Source: an uncultured bacterium
GTDB lineage: Bacteria; Patescibacteriota; Minisyncoccia; Phycocordibacterales; CAIRYW01
Assembly: GCA_963766885.1 (NCBI GenBank)
Contig: CAVYBO010000002.1
Location: 86,097 to 150,096 of the forward strand
Reading direction: 5' to 3'
DNA: 64,000 nt
Part shown: in pieces, positions 18,752 to 30,167 of the stretch
Layout of the letters: the number at the start of each line of letters is the position of its first letter
Position numbering within the stretch: the stretch's first letter is position 1
Notes under the pieces: generated by a model
Seen by the model: only the letters and a program-made list of their open reading frames with translations
The model's database searches: none
Told to the model about the DNA's origin: nothing
Program-made: the position numbers and the translations under genes

Positions 18752-19076
18752 TTTTTATTTTTTGTATATCAGAGCTGATTAATTTTTTAAGTTCATCTAA
18801 ATCAGAAATATTTTGATCCCCTCTAATTTTTTCTAATACTTCCACTTCTATTTCTTTACCGTAAATATCTTCCGAAAAATCAATTATATGCGCTTCCAAG
18901 ATTTCCTCTGATTTTTCGCTTACATATAAAGCGGCAAGCATTTTTTTTTCACCAATTTTAACTTGGCCAGCATAAATTCCGGGTTTGATTTTTGAAATAT
19001 TTGCTATATTAGCTGTTGGAAATCCTAATTTTCTACCAATTTCCTTACCTTTTGTGACTTTACCTTTGATATTCAT
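18744..19076 (-). CDS. riboflavin kinase (monofunctional, RibF C-terminal-domain type)
   Basis: The ORF has a flavokinase motif GRKLGFPTANI. The start is taken at the internal Met (MNIKGK) because the longer ORF would run over the atp promoter. Confidence 0.65.
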   Translation of the reverse strand: MNIKGKVTKGKEIGRKLGFPTANIANISKIKPGIYAGQVKIGEKKMLAALYVSEKSEEILEAHIIDFSEDIYGKEIEVEVLEKIRGDQNISDLDELKKLISSDIQKIKNV

Positions 19077-19090
19077 TTTCTTTATTTTTG

Positions 19091-19118
19091 TTGCGAAATT
19101 TCGCTTTTTCAATATAAT
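19091..19118 (+). promoter_or_regulatory. sigma-70-like promoter upstream of the atp operon
   Basis: TTGCGA, a 16-nt spacer and TATAAT sit immediately upstream of the atpZ-like ORF. Confidence 0.35.
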
Positions 19119-19129
19119 TATGGCGTCTA

Positions 19130-19357
19130 ATGGAAGAAAAGGAAAGCAAAAAAGAGTTGAAGACAAAGGGTGAGCTTATCGCCTTTGCTTATGATGTTGG
19201 TTTTGCGATTATCATGCCGTTGGTGATTTTTGTAATCATTGGCCACGTTTTGGATGACCAGTTCAACACCAAGCCGCTTTTTCTAATTTCCGGAATCTTG
19301 CTTTCACTGATTACCACAGCCATCGCAATTTACAAAAAAACCAAAAAATTCCTATAG
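19130..19357 (+). CDS. ATP synthase protein I/AtpZ-like small membrane protein
   Basis: The 75-aa ORF has 2 TM helices and sits directly upstream of atpB. Confidence 0.5.
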   Translation: MEEKESKKELKTKGELIAFAYDVGFAIIMPLVIFVIIGHVLDDQFNTKPLFLISGILLSLITTAIAIYKKTKKFL

Positions 19358-19358
19358 C

Positions 19359-20096
19359 ATGAAAATATCCATAACACCTCAAGAAATTGTAACCGTATTT
19401 GGATTTCCAATATCCAACGCTCTTATTGCGTCTTGGATTGCTGTTTTGATTTTGATTATTTTTTCTTTTGTAATTTCAAGAGCGATAAAGCAAAAAGGTA
19501 AATTGAATGCACTGCTCCACATTATCTTTGAGGGATTTATTAATTTTATGGAGCCTTTTGCCGGCAGTAAGCAAGTTGTAAAAAAATACCTGCCGTTTGT
19601 TGGAACGATATTTTTTTACATTTTAACTTGCAACTGGCTCGGCACGGTGCCTGGATTTGAAACAATTGGAGTCTACAAAAGCGGAGTTTTTGTGCCGCTT
19701 CTTAGAACCGCAAACTCTGACATAAATATGACCCTGGCTTTGGCTATTGTTTTGGTTGTTTCTACTCACATTGTTGGATTTACAAATCTAGGATTCAAAA
19801 ACCATATGGGAAAATTTATAAAAAATCCTTTTAAGAGTCCTATTGATTTTTTTGTTGGACTTCTTGAACTTCTTGGTGAAGTCTCTAGAGTTATTTCCCT
19901 GACTTTCCGATTGTTCGGAAATATTTTTGCTGGAAGCGTCTTGATGCTCATTATTTCTGAACTTGTTCCCTGGGTTGTGCCGGCGCCGTTTCTTGCTATG
20001 GAGCTTTTTGTTGGTCTTATCCAATCATTGATTTTTGCAACACTTGCGATGATGTTTCTTGCCAGCGCAGAAACTCTCCACGCCTCAGAGCATTAA
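19359..20096 (+). CDS. atpB: F0F1 ATP synthase subunit a
   Basis: The ORF has the conserved LTFRLFGNIFAG motif with the essential Arg. Confidence 0.9.
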   Translation: MKISITPQEIVTVFGFPISNALIASWIAVLILIIFSFVISRAIKQKGKLNALLHIIFEGFINFMEPFAGSKQVVKKYLPFVGTIFFYILTCNWLGTVPGFETIGVYKSGVFVPLLRTANSDINMTLALAIVLVVSTHIVGFTNLGFKNHMGKFIKNPFKSPIDFFVGLLELLGEVSRVISLTFRLFGNIFAGSVLMLIISELVPWVVPAPFLAMELFVGLIQSLIFATLAMMFLASAETLHASEH

Positions 20097-20176
20097 AACT
20101 TGAAAATATTGCGAAAATGTATATAATTTAGCAATTATTGAGACAGTCAGTCTCTTTTATTTGTAATTATTAGTAA

Positions 20177-20410
<234 letters not shown>

Positions 20411-20417
20411 AACGCTT

Positions 20418-20927
20418 ATGCAGGGACTTGTTTCTTCGTTAGGCATAGAGTGGAAAGAGCTTATCGCGCAGATAATAAACTTTGCGCTGCTTGTTTTTGT
20501 GTTGGCCAAGTTTGTTTACAAGCCGATTATCAAAGCAATTGACGATAAGGAAAAATCAATAAATGACGTAGAAAACAAGTCTGCTGAGATGGAGAAAAAG
20601 CTTCAAGAAATTGAAGACTCCAGAGAGGGTGTGCTCAAAAAGGCTCGTCTTGAGTCTCAAAAAATAATCAAAGACACCGAAGTCAGCGCTTCTATTCTCA
20701 AAAAGAGCCTGATCGAAGAAGCAAAACGTCAAGCGGAAACAATTGTGGCAAATGGTGAGCAGAAAATTAAAGAGGAAGACAAAAAACTCAGAGAAGAAAT
20801 CAGGCGAGAAGTCGGAACACTGGTTTCTGATTCTATTGAAAAGAGCGTAGGTAAATACATTGATGAAAAAGCTCGCTATAGTCTAAAAGATGAAGCAACA
20901 AAAGAATTTGCAAAGGCAAATTTCTAA
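20418..20927 (+). CDS. atpF: F0F1 ATP synthase subunit b
   Basis: The ORF has one N-terminal TM and a long charged helix. The start is taken at MQGLV just after the atpE stop. Confidence 0.8.
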   Translation: MQGLVSSLGIEWKELIAQIINFALLVFVLAKFVYKPIIKAIDDKEKSINDVENKSAEMEKKLQEIEDSREGVLKKARLESQKIIKDTEVSASILKKSLIEEAKRQAETIVANGEQKIKEEDKKLREEIRREVGTLVSDSIEKSVGKYIDEKARYSLKDEATKEFAKANF

Positions 20928-20936
20928 AGATTAATT

Positions 20937-21317
20937 ATGAAAAACTCCCCTAAAAAAATAGGAATGCTTTTGGCCAAATTGTCTGCTGATGCAAAATCAA
21001 AAGAAGAAGCTTCAAAAATCACAAAAGATTTTGCTGAACTTATTGTCTCTAAAAGAATTGCATCCAAAACCCCAGCAATCATCAGAAGTTTCAGGAAAGA
21101 GTGGAACAATCTGAAAGGAATTGTTGACGTTACTATCAAAGCTGCTTCTCTTGCTGAGGCTCCAGAAATCAAACATATTGGAGACAAAAAAGCAGAAGTC
21201 ACTTTTATTGAAGACAAAAGTTTGATTGGCGGAGCGGAAATCAAAATTGATGATTTGGTCATAGACACTTCAATCAAATCCAAGCTTCAAAAAGTAAAAT
21301 CACAAATTGCAAATTAA
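20937..21317 (+). CDS. atpH: F0F1 ATP synthase subunit delta (short form)
   Basis: The 126-aa ORF has a C-terminal OSCP-like motif LIGGAEIKIDDLVIDTSIKSKL. Confidence 0.7.
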   Translation: MKNSPKKIGMLLAKLSADAKSKEEASKITKDFAELIVSKRIASKTPAIIRSFRKEWNNLKGIVDVTIKAASLAEAPEIKHIGDKKAEVTFIEDKSLIGGAEIKIDDLVIDTSIKSKLQKVKSQIAN

Positions 21318-21338
21318 AAATCATTTTATAAAAAATTC

Positions 21339-22868
21339 ATGAACAAGAACACCATAATTGAAGAACTGAAGAAAGAGATTTCCGGAATCTCTACCGACCC
21401 TGCGCTTGAGGCTGTGGGCGAAGTTGTCAAAATTTCTGATGGTGTTGCAATTGTTTCCGGACTTTCAAAAGCAAAGTATTCAGAAATGCTTGAGTTTGAG
21501 GATATGGATGGCAAAAAAGTTTTTGGCTTGGCATTAAACCTTGAGGAAGATAATCTTGGGGCAATTATTTTAGGAAACGATCTTCGCCTCAAACAAGGTA
21601 CAAAAGTGCGTTCTACTGGCAGAATTCTTTCAATACAAGTTTCTGATGAAATTATCGGCAGAGTGGTCAACGGCTTGGGAGAAGTCAAAGACGGCAAATC
21701 CCCTATTTCAAATACTAAATCAAAATTTTATCCGCTGGAAAAAATCGCTCCTGGCGTAATTACTCGTCAGTCTGTGACAGTGCCGCTTCACACAGGAATC
21801 AAAGCGATTGACGCCATGATTCCAATTGGCCGCGGACAGAGAGAGCTTATTATTGGCGACAGGCAGACAGGAAAAACAGCGATTGCAATTGACGCAATTA
21901 TTCACCAGAAAAAAGAAAAAAACCGGCCAATTTGCATATATGTTGCGATCGGACAAAAAGAATCCAAAGTTGCGCAGATTGTAGAAAAATTCAAACAGCT
22001 TGGCGCAATGGATTATACGGTGGTGGTTTCGGCTGCGGCTTCTGATCCCGCTTCCCTTCAATACCTGGCGGCATTTACAGGTTGCGCTATTGCCGAATAT
22101 TTTATGGATCAAGGAAAAGATGTTTTGATTGTTTACGATGATCTTTCAAAGCACGCTTGGGCATACAGACAGATTTCTTTGCTTTTGAAGCGACCACCAG
22201 GCCGTGAAGCTTATCCTGGAGACGTGTTTTATCTTCACTCAAGGCTTTTGGAACGTGCAGGAAGACTTTCTAAAGAATACGGTGGAGGATCCATTACTGC
22301 GCTTCCTATTATTGAAACTCAGGCTGGAGATATTTCCGCTTACATTCCAACAAACGTAATTTCAATTACAGACGGACAAATCTTTCTTGAATCAGACCTT
22401 TTCAACTCCGGACTTCGTCCTGCAATTAACGTTGGGCTTTCAGTTTCTCGCGTGGGATCAAGCGCTCAGACCAAGGCTATGAAAAAAGTTGCCGGAAGAA
22501 TGAAACTTGATTTGGCGCAGTTTAGAAGCTTGGCAGCATTTGCGCAGTTTGGTTCTGACTTGGATCCTGCAACTAAAAAGCAACTTGAACTTGGACAGAG
22601 ACTTACAGAGCTTTTGAAGCAGCCGCAATATGAAGACCAATCATTCAATGAAATTTCTGTAATTATTTTTGCTGCAGGCCAAGGACTTCTAAACGACATC
22701 GCAATTCCTGATATCAAAAAATATGAAAAGCAGTTTATAAATTTCCTCAAAGAAAGACATCCGAAAATTCTAGAAACAATATTTGATACAGCTGAATTGT
22801 CGGAAGAAACTCAGGCTAAGTTAAAGGAGGTTATTCCAGACTTTAATTCAAACTACTGGAACAAATAA
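21339..22868 (+). CDS. atpA: F0F1 ATP synthase subunit alpha
   Basis: The ORF has a Walker A GDRQTGKT and a conserved alpha-subunit core. Confidence 0.95.
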   Translation: MNKNTIIEELKKEISGISTDPALEAVGEVVKISDGVAIVSGLSKAKYSEMLEFEDMDGKKVFGLALNLEEDNLGAIILGNDLRLKQGTKVRSTGRILSIQVSDEIIGRVVNGLGEVKDGKSPISNTKSKFYPLEKIAPGVITRQSVTVPLHTGIKAIDAMIPIGRGQRELIIGDRQTGKTAIAIDAIIHQKKEKNRPICIYVAIGQKESKVAQIVEKFKQLGAMDYTVVVSAAASDPASLQYLAAFTGCAIAEYFMDQGKDVLIVYDDLSKHAWAYRQISLLLKRPPGREAYPGDVFYLHSRLLERAGRLSKEYGGGSITALPIIETQAGDISAYIPTNVISITDGQIFLESDLFNSGLRPAINVGLSVSRVGSSAQTKAMKKVAGRMKLDLAQFRSLAAFAQFGSDLDPATKKQLELGQRLTELLKQPQYEDQSFNEISVIIFAAGQGLLNDIAIPDIKKYEKQFINFLKERHPKILETIFDTAELSEETQAKLKEVIPDFNSNYWNK

Positions 22869-22871
22869 TTT

Positions 22872-23803
22872 ATGGCTACAGGCAGAGCAATTAAAAGCAG
22901 AATAAAGTCCACTCAAAACATCCGCCAAATCACAAAGGCGATGGAGGCTGTTTCTGCTGTCAAAATGCGCAAAAGTGAGTCTTCGGCAATCAAAGGCCGA
23001 CCTTTTGCTTTGTATGCCCTTAGTATTTTGAGACACATTGAAATGGCCCTTGGAGAACTTCCAAAAAAAGCTTCACAATTGTTTGAAGTTCGTCGCAGAA
23101 GGTAAGGAGCTTTTTGTGATTATCACTTCCGATAAAGGCTTGGCCGGATCATTTAACAGCAACGTCATCAGAAAAACAGAAAAGGTTTTGGCAACAGATT
23201 CCAACGTCGGATATAATTGCGATTGGTAAAAAAGGACGCGAATATTTTGCTCGCAAAGGGGTAAATGTTATTTCAAATTATGAAGGCATTGGAGATTTTG
23301 CTGAAATGTTTGAAATTGAGCCAGTATCAAAAAATATAATCTCACTTTTTGAAAGCAAAGCTTATAGTAATGTTTCAATAATTTACACAAAATTTATTTC
23401 GGCTATTAAACAAGAAGTGGTTGTTCGTCCTCTTCTTCCGCTTCAACCAGATATTTTAAAAAAGGTTGTGGAAAACATCATTCCTGAAACCGGAAAATTT
23501 TCTGAATTCAGAGAACAAGCATTAAATGATGATTACGATTACAAATTTGAACCTTCAGCAGAGGACGTTGTTCGCGACCTTGTTCCCTATCTTGTTGAAA
23601 TAGAGGTTCTGCATTCTGTGCTTGAAGCAAACGCTTCCGAACATTCATCCAGAATGATTGCAATGAGAAATGCATCGGACAATGCTAAAGATATGATAGG
23701 CGAACTGACAATTTCATTTAACAAAGCTAGACAGGCGCAGATTACTAAAGAACTTATTGAAATCACATCTGGTAAGGAAGCGCTGGAGGCTGAAATCAGT
23801 TAA
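22872..23803 (+). pseudogene. atpG: F0F1 ATP synthase subunit gamma, interrupted by two frameshifts
   Basis: Three consecutive ORFs in three frames (22872-23105, 23038-23229, 23306-23803) together encode the gamma N-terminus (ATGRAIKSRIKSTQNIRQITKAMEAV), the middle (ELFVIITSDKGLAGSFNSN) and the C-terminus (NKARQAQITKELIEI). Confidence 0.8.
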
Positions 23804-23830
23804 ATTAAAAGTAAAAATTAAAATTATTAA

Positions 23831-25213
<1,383 letters not shown>

Positions 25214-25227
25214 AATATAATAAAAAT

Positions 25228-25449
25228 ATGGAACTAAAAGTTTACTCACTCAAAGGCACGATATTTGAAGGCGACGCAACAAGTGTTGGCCTGCCTGCCA
25301 AAGACGGAGTAATTACAGCGCTCAAAGGACATATTCCGCTAATAACAATCCTCAAAGAAGGAGAAATCAAAACCCCAGATCAAAATATTGCAATCAAAGG
25401 CGGCTTTGCTGAAATCACCAAAACAAAAGTTGTGGTGCTAGCCAATTAA
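25228..25449 (+). CDS. atpC: F0F1 ATP synthase subunit epsilon (N-terminal beta-sandwich only)
   Basis: The 73-aa ORF matches the epsilon N-terminal domain. The C-terminal helical hairpin is absent. Confidence 0.8.
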   Translation: MELKVYSLKGTIFEGDATSVGLPAKDGVITALKGHIPLITILKEGEIKTPDQNIAIKGGFAEITKTKVVVLAN

Positions 25450-25451
25450 AA

Positions 25452-26147
25452 TTAACTGATCAAAGTTCCTTCAAAAGGCTTATCAAAAATAAAGTTTTCA
25501 AACTGCTTTAGGTTTTCGCCATTTATTATTGCTACTTCTATTTTATTTTTTTCTGCTTCCTTGGATGCAATCGGATCAAAAGGCGCGTTTAATCCTGGAT
25601 CCCATTTCTTTGGAATTATCTTGCGGAATTCTTTCCAGGATATTTTTGGGATCGGCATTGCCTCGGAATATTTTCTAGGATCTTTATCATAAACGTAATC
25701 AATATTGGAAAGATTGACAATCTTCTTGGCTTTAAATCTTTTAGCCAGCAATACGGCGTCGTAATCCGTGCTCCATCCAGGCTTCCATCCAGCAGCAATT
25801 AAGATTGGTTTTTTAAAAACTATTTTGTCATTCGGATCATGCACCACAACTTCCTCAACTCTGGGCAAAAAAATTGTCTTAATAAGCTCTGCATTAAGGC
25901 GTGTTGAGTGAATTCCAAGCCAATCCACATCTGTATTTCTCAGTTTAGTTACTTTTCTGGCAGCTTGCTGATAGTTTCTGCAAGTTCTTCCTCCTCCGCA
26001 TATGATAATAAATTTTTTGCCGAGCTTAACTTCCCTATCAATAATCGCTTTGAAACTTGAAATAAAACCTGTATCAATTGATTCCGGCACAATAAGCGAT
26101 CCACCTACGGAAATTACAATCGGCGTTTGATCTTTGGCTTTTTTCAT
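25452..26147 (-). CDS. pyrH: UMP kinase, archaeal-type (amino-acid kinase family)
   Basis: IVISVGGSLIVPE ... IIICGGGRTCRNY ... STDYDAVLLAKRFKA ... IDYVYDKDP is closely parallel to archaeal PyrH motifs. Confidence 0.7.
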   Translation of the reverse strand: MKKAKDQTPIVISVGGSLIVPESIDTGFISSFKAIIDREVKLGKKFIIICGGGRTCRNYQQAARKVTKLRNTDVDWLGIHSTRLNAELIKTIFLPRVEEVVVHDPNDKIVFKKPILIAAGWKPGWSTDYDAVLLAKRFKAKKIVNLSNIDYVYDKDPRKYSEAMPIPKISWKEFRKIIPKKWDPGLNAPFDPIASKEAEKNKIEVAIINGENLKQFENFIFDKPFEGTLIS

Positions 26148-26155
26148 AATTAGGC

Positions 26156-26740
26156 TTATTTTATCAAGATTTTTTGCCGAAGTCTACTTTTTGAGACAGT
26201 GCCTATCCTAACCAGTTCAAAAACTTTTTCTTTACTTGAATACCTTAAAATAGTTGATCCTTTATTTGTTACTTTTCCAGAAATATAAAAGTCTGCCTTT
26301 TCCTCAAAATATTTTCTAGCTTCTGCAATATTTTTGGCTGAAGGTTTACCTTCAGTGTTTGCGCTTGGCGCCACAATCGCTCCTGTTTTTGAAATCAAAT
26401 CTCTCAAAGATTTGTTATCTGGAATTCGGAAACATAAAGCGTTTGTATCTCTGTGAAGGTATTTAAACTTACTTGATTTACATTCAAGAATCACAGAAAC
26501 TTTTCCTGGCCAGATTTTAGATAAAGATTTTTCTGGAATATTTTTGACTCCAAACTTTTTAATATCGCTTATTTTTGAAATCAAAATAATCAGCGGTTTT
26601 TTCTTGTTCCTAAGCCTTACTTTGTAAATTCTCAGAACTGTTTTCTTGGAAAACGCACTTCCCACGATTCCATACAAAGTATCAGTCGGTAAAACACCTA
26701 TTCCGTCGTTTTTTAAAAATTTAACAATTTCTTTTTTCAT
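26156..26740 (-). CDS. tsaC: L-threonylcarbamoyladenylate synthase (TsaC/YrdC family)
   Basis: The 194-aa ORF has the motif GVLPTDTLYGIVGSA. Confidence 0.8.
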   Translation of the reverse strand: MKKEIVKFLKNDGIGVLPTDTLYGIVGSAFSKKTVLRIYKVRLRNKKKPLIILISKISDIKKFGVKNIPEKSLSKIWPGKVSVILECKSSKFKYLHRDTNALCFRIPDNKSLRDLISKTGAIVAPSANTEGKPSAKNIAEARKYFEEKADFYISGKVTNKGSTILRYSSKEKVFELVRIGTVSKSRLRQKILIK

Positions 26741-27835
26741 TTAAGGAATCAGATTCCACATTTTAGGATCCTCGTAGCCGTTGATTTCAAATATTGACGC
26801 TCCGCCAACTCCCTCGCTCTTGGCCAGATTTATTCTATCCAAAATATTCTGCCCGTCGTCAAAAACCACATAATAATGAATTCCACTTTTGGAAAACAAG
26901 AAGAATTTTTCTCCGCCGGCTGTCGTACCAACTGTTCCGTGATAAAGCGTCGAGCGAGAAATTGCATTTGTGTATGTGAGTACGTTTACTCTTTTTACAT
27001 ACCTGGTATTGCCAACAATAGTATAAGTAAACTCGTATCCGTATGTTGGAATTCCAAGAATTATTTTGGATGGAGTAATAACAGTTTTGGCGTAATTCAA
27101 TACACTTGTTATATAAGGAAGCGAAGCGTTTGAAACAGATTCAGAAAGCGGTGAAGTTGTCATAAAGGAATTGCTCTGATAATCAGCCAAGAACTCGTCA
27201 TAAGCCATTATACGTACCTGATCGCAGTTGTTGTTTAGGACTGTCCAATCGTTTACCCAGGGAAAGAGTTTGTTTGGAGGAACATCTGCTCCTGGCGTGT
27301 CTGTAGATCGCGCTTCAACTGTGCAAACTAAGATTTTATTTTGAGCATGCAGCTTTGTGGATAATTCTTCTATAAAAGTTGAGAAAATATTTTTATCTGA
27401 AATATTCTTGCCTTCATAATCAATTTCTATGCCGTCAAAATTGTTTTGGGTAACAGTCGAGACTATTTGATCTTCATGAGTTGCTCTGGTAGTTGGATTA
27501 AAAAGAATGTTATGAATTTCCGCTGCGCTTCCCCAAAGGATTGAGGGTACGATTTTAATTCCCTTTGCCCGAGCATTGCTTAAAACCTGATTCCACGTGC
27601 CATTTGCAATTCCAAGATCATCAGTAAGCGCTCCGCTGGCAGAAACTCCATAGGCAAAAGGTGTGATTATATTGAATTTGTCTAAATTTTGCTGGAGCGC
27701 AGGAATTCCTTGGTCTTGTGTCCAATACGGAATCCAACTTGCAACAGTAAATCCAGATGGAATTGTTGCGGCAAAGGAAAAAATAGGGAAAAGTAAAAAG
27801 CATAAAAACAACTTTAAATAAGTTTTAAGATTCAC
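26741..27835 (-). CDS. secreted glycoside hydrolase family 18 (chitinase-like)
   Basis: The ORF has the GH18 catalytic motif DGIEIDYE and a signal-peptide-like N-terminus. The start is placed at a GTG (VNLKTYLKLFLCF) to avoid overlap with the SWIB gene; the first ATG would give 27892. Confidence 0.65.
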   Translation of the reverse strand: MNLKTYLKLFLCFLLFPIFSFAATIPSGFTVASWIPYWTQDQGIPALQQNLDKFNIITPFAYGVSASGALTDDLGIANGTWNQVLSNARAKGIKIVPSILWGSAAEIHNILFNPTTRATHEDQIVSTVTQNNFDGIEIDYEGKNISDKNIFSTFIEELSTKLHAQNKILVCTVEARSTDTPGADVPPNKLFPWVNDWTVLNNNCDQVRIMAYDEFLADYQSNSFMTTSPLSESVSNASLPYITSVLNYAKTVITPSKIILGIPTYGYEFTYTIVGNTRYVKRVNVLTYTNAISRSTLYHGTVGTTAGGEKFFLFSKSGIHYYVVFDDGQNILDRINLAKSEGVGGASIFEINGYEDPKMWNLIP

Positions 27836-27869
27836 CCGCTTAGTATAGCAGAAATCCAGATGGAATTTA

Positions 27870-28124
27870 TTATGATAGGTGTTTTGAGACAAGTTTTGTC
27901 ATCTCAAACATATCAACAACAGATTTTCCACCAAAGACTTTCTTTAGATTCTCGTCAGCGATAATATTTCGCTTCTTTTTAGGATCCTGCAGATCTTTGC
28001 TCTTGATGTAAACCCAGAGTTTCTTTACGACTTCCGATCTTGGCATAGGACCTTTTCCAACAACAGCCGCTAATTCGGCGCTTACAGTCAACGGTTTCAT
28101 AAATGCAGAGTTTGTTTTTGGCAT
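27870..28124 (-). CDS. SWIB/MDM2 domain protein
   Basis: The 84-aa ORF matches the SWIB consensus (RSEVVKKLWVYIKSKDLQDP ... MFEMTKLVSKHL). Confidence 0.75.
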   Translation of the reverse strand: MPKTNSAFMKPLTVSAELAAVVGKGPMPRSEVVKKLWVYIKSKDLQDPKKKRNIIADENLKKVFGGKSVVDMFEMTKLVSKHLS

Positions 28125-28197
28125 ATTTTTTCTTTAATTATTATTAACAGCTTTATTATAGCACTTAAATCCCTATTTGGCGCAAGCTGTTGCAACA

Positions 28198-28226
28198 TTG
28201 ACGAATAAATCAATATATGATACTAT
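28198..28226 (+). promoter_or_regulatory. promoter for csp with long 5' UTR
   Basis: TTGACG, a 17-nt spacer and TACTAT lie about 85 nt upstream of the csp ATG. Confidence 0.35.
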
Positions 28227-28312
28227 AAGCTTACAAAAGTTATCGTTTGAAATTAAAGTCGATTTTCGTAAAGCAATAAAGTTTGTATTTAGTAAATATA
28301 ATCAACCAACTT

Positions 28313-28510
28313 ATGACAGGAAGCATCAAAAAGCTTACAGAAAAAGGTTTCGGTTTCATCTCAGCAGATGGCATGGAAAAAGATCTCTTTTTCCACAGCA
28401 ATTCACTTGTTGGAGTTCAGTTCAATGATCTCCAGGAAGGTGACAAAGTCAGCTTTGAAGTTGAAGACTCACCGAAAGGAAAGAACGCCGTAAACGTTCA
28501 GAAAGCGTAA
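28313..28510 (+). CDS. csp: cold-shock protein (CspA family)
   Basis: MTGSIKKLTEKGFGFI ... has RNP1 (KGFGFI) and RNP2-like (LFFHSN) motifs. The start is at the internal Met of the longer ORF. Confidence 0.85.
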   Translation: MTGSIKKLTEKGFGFISADGMEKDLFFHSNSLVGVQFNDLQEGDKVSFEVEDSPKGKNAVNVQKA

Positions 28511-28529
28511 TCTAGAAAATTGCGGATAA

Positions 28530-28556
28530 CCCTCCGCTTCGGCGGAGGGTTTTTTA
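28530..28556 (+). terminator. rho-independent terminator after csp
   Basis: A stem ccctccgc / gcggaggg with loop ttcg is followed by tttttt. Confidence 0.7.
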
Positions 28557-28561
28557 ATAAA

Positions 28562-28735
28562 ATGAAACCAGCCACAAAATTAAATAAATCAAAAGCACAC
28601 TCAACCATAGGCAAATGGGTGGAAAAACCACGCATCTCGGTTATTGTTGTTTGTATTTGTGGCAATAAATACATCAAGACTCGTAAAGGCCAGACTGTTT
28701 GCATCAAATGCATGTTTGCTGTCCAAAATAAATAG
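28562..28735 (+). CDS. small zinc-ribbon-like protein (hypothetical)
   Basis: The 57-aa ORF starts right after the terminator and has a CxC ... CxxC arrangement (VVCICGNKYIKTRKGQTVCIKC). Confidence 0.35.
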   Translation: MKPATKLNKSKAHSTIGKWVEKPRISVIVVCICGNKYIKTRKGQTVCIKCMFAVQNK

Positions 28736-28753
28736 TTTTTTTAATTCAATAAT

Positions 28754-29641
28754 CTAATCAAACAAGACTGAAAGATAGTCATTTATTGTACGTTGATCTA
28801 AGTCATAGAAGTATTGGTTGTCCGTGTGAAGCCTTGTAGCCAAAGCCACACCTACAAACCTCCAGTGCCAAGGCTCGTATTCGTAGTAGCTGTTGTCTGG
28901 CGGATAGGACAAAATAAATCCATATAAGTAAGCGTTGCTAACAAGCCACTGATATTCTGGGGTTTTGTCAAAACCGTTGAAAGTATCTGCAACGGTGGGT
29001 GTGGTAAAGTCCACCGCTGTGCCGAGCTGATGCTCAGAATATCCCTGATCGGCAGAGAACGCGTTGGCGGTTCCTACTCCATAAGTCACTTTATAACTTG
29101 ATTTTAATATTGATTGTGTTCCAAACGAACGATAAGCGGAAATAACCTCCAAAGATAATCCCGCGGTCTTAGCTGCATTCAAAAGCTTTTCCAAAAAGGG
29201 TTCTGCTTGTGTTAGAAACTGAAGCCCGCTGCTTTTATCATATAAAAAAGCTGTGTCCACATTAGTAAGTGATGACGGGACGTAGTTTTCATTTAAGAAA
29301 TAAACTTTAGAATATTTTTCAAGCAATTGCGGGTCTGTTTTGCTTAGTTTATCTAGAGTGCTGACATCATCAGAGATACTTCCCGCTTGCTCGGCATACA
29401 CGCTGGCTTGGCTTTGTGTTGCCTGCACTTGGCCGTCCAAAGTAGTTGTTTGGTTCTCTATGTTTGTAAGAGTGGTTTGAAGGACTGCGATCTTGCCTTC
29501 CAAAGCCGCTGTGCTAGAAGCAACTTTTCCATCCAGTTGCTGCTCAAGCGTATAGCGGCGATATTCGCTGAAACCGACAACAACTGCAATGACAAACACT
29601 GCACTAATTACCTTTAAAATATTAGGGAGTTCCTTTTTCAT
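28754..29641 (-). CDS. D-alanyl-D-alanine carboxypeptidase, peptidase M15 (VanY-like) with N-terminal TM and coiled coil
   Basis: The ORF matches SAYRSFGTQ ... SEHQLGTAVDF, the M15B zinc-ligand pattern. Confidence 0.75.
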   Translation of the reverse strand: MKKELPNILKVISAVFVIAVVVGFSEYRRYTLEQQLDGKVASSTAALEGKIAVLQTTLTNIENQTTTLDGQVQATQSQASVYAEQAGSISDDVSTLDKLSKTDPQLLEKYSKVYFLNENYVPSSLTNVDTAFLYDKSSGLQFLTQAEPFLEKLLNAAKTAGLSLEVISAYRSFGTQSILKSSYKVTYGVGTANAFSADQGYSEHQLGTAVDFTTPTVADTFNGFDKTPEYQWLVSNAYLYGFILSYPPDNSYYEYEPWHWRFVGVALATRLHTDNQYFYDLDQRTINDYLSVLFD

Positions 29642-29663
29642 CAGTAGATACTAGCACAGTTTA

Positions 29664-30161
29664 CTAACTGGTTTTTATAAGTTTTCCTGCAAATACTCCA
29701 ATCAAAATTGCCGCGCCTCCAAGCAAGACCATTGTGAAAGCCCTTTTGAGAATTGATACTTTGGAAATATGCGCACTGACTATTCCCACAGCAAAAAGTG
29801 TAACGATTGAAAACGCTATTGAAAATCCAAGTTCCAAATTTGTATCAGCAATCAAATACGGCACAAGCGGGATAAAAGAAGCTACGACAAACGAAACAAA
29901 AATTATTACTGCTCCCATAATTGCCTTACCTTCGCCGACTTCTGCTTTTGCTTTAAATTCTGCGGCAGATTGCTCAGACAAAAAACTTCCAACCGCCATA
30001 GAAAATCCTGCAACAAGCGCGTAAATAATCCCTGTTGCTACGATGTTTTGATGCGACGCCCCGGCAACATCAATTCCCGAAAGAAGTCCGAGCGTAGAAA
30101 CCAAGCTGTCGCTCATCCCAAAAACAATGTTTCGTATGTAGATTTCGCCTTTTTTGTGCAT
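29664..30161 (-). CDS. VIT1/CCC1-family metal transporter (short)
   Basis: The ORF has the motif VFGMSDSLVSTLGLLSGI and is polytopic. Confidence 0.7.
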   Translation of the reverse strand: MHKKGEIYIRNIVFGMSDSLVSTLGLLSGIDVAGASHQNIVATGIIYALVAGFSMAVGSFLSEQSAAEFKAKAEVGEGKAIMGAVIIFVSFVVASFIPLVPYLIADTNLELGFSIAFSIVTLFAVGIVSAHISKVSILKRAFTMVLLGGAAILIGVFAGKLIKTS

Positions 30162-30167
30162 TAGTTT

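Noticed and set aside
19077-19129. A possible FMN riboswitch upstream of the rib genes.
   Set aside because: The spacer is only about 50 nt and is occupied by the divergent atp promoter. It is too short for the roughly 140-nt FMN element.
28177-28428. An 83-aa ORF overlapping the csp start.
   Set aside because: It covers the csp promoter and 5' UTR in another frame, and has a basic low-complexity composition. csp is clearly the real gene.
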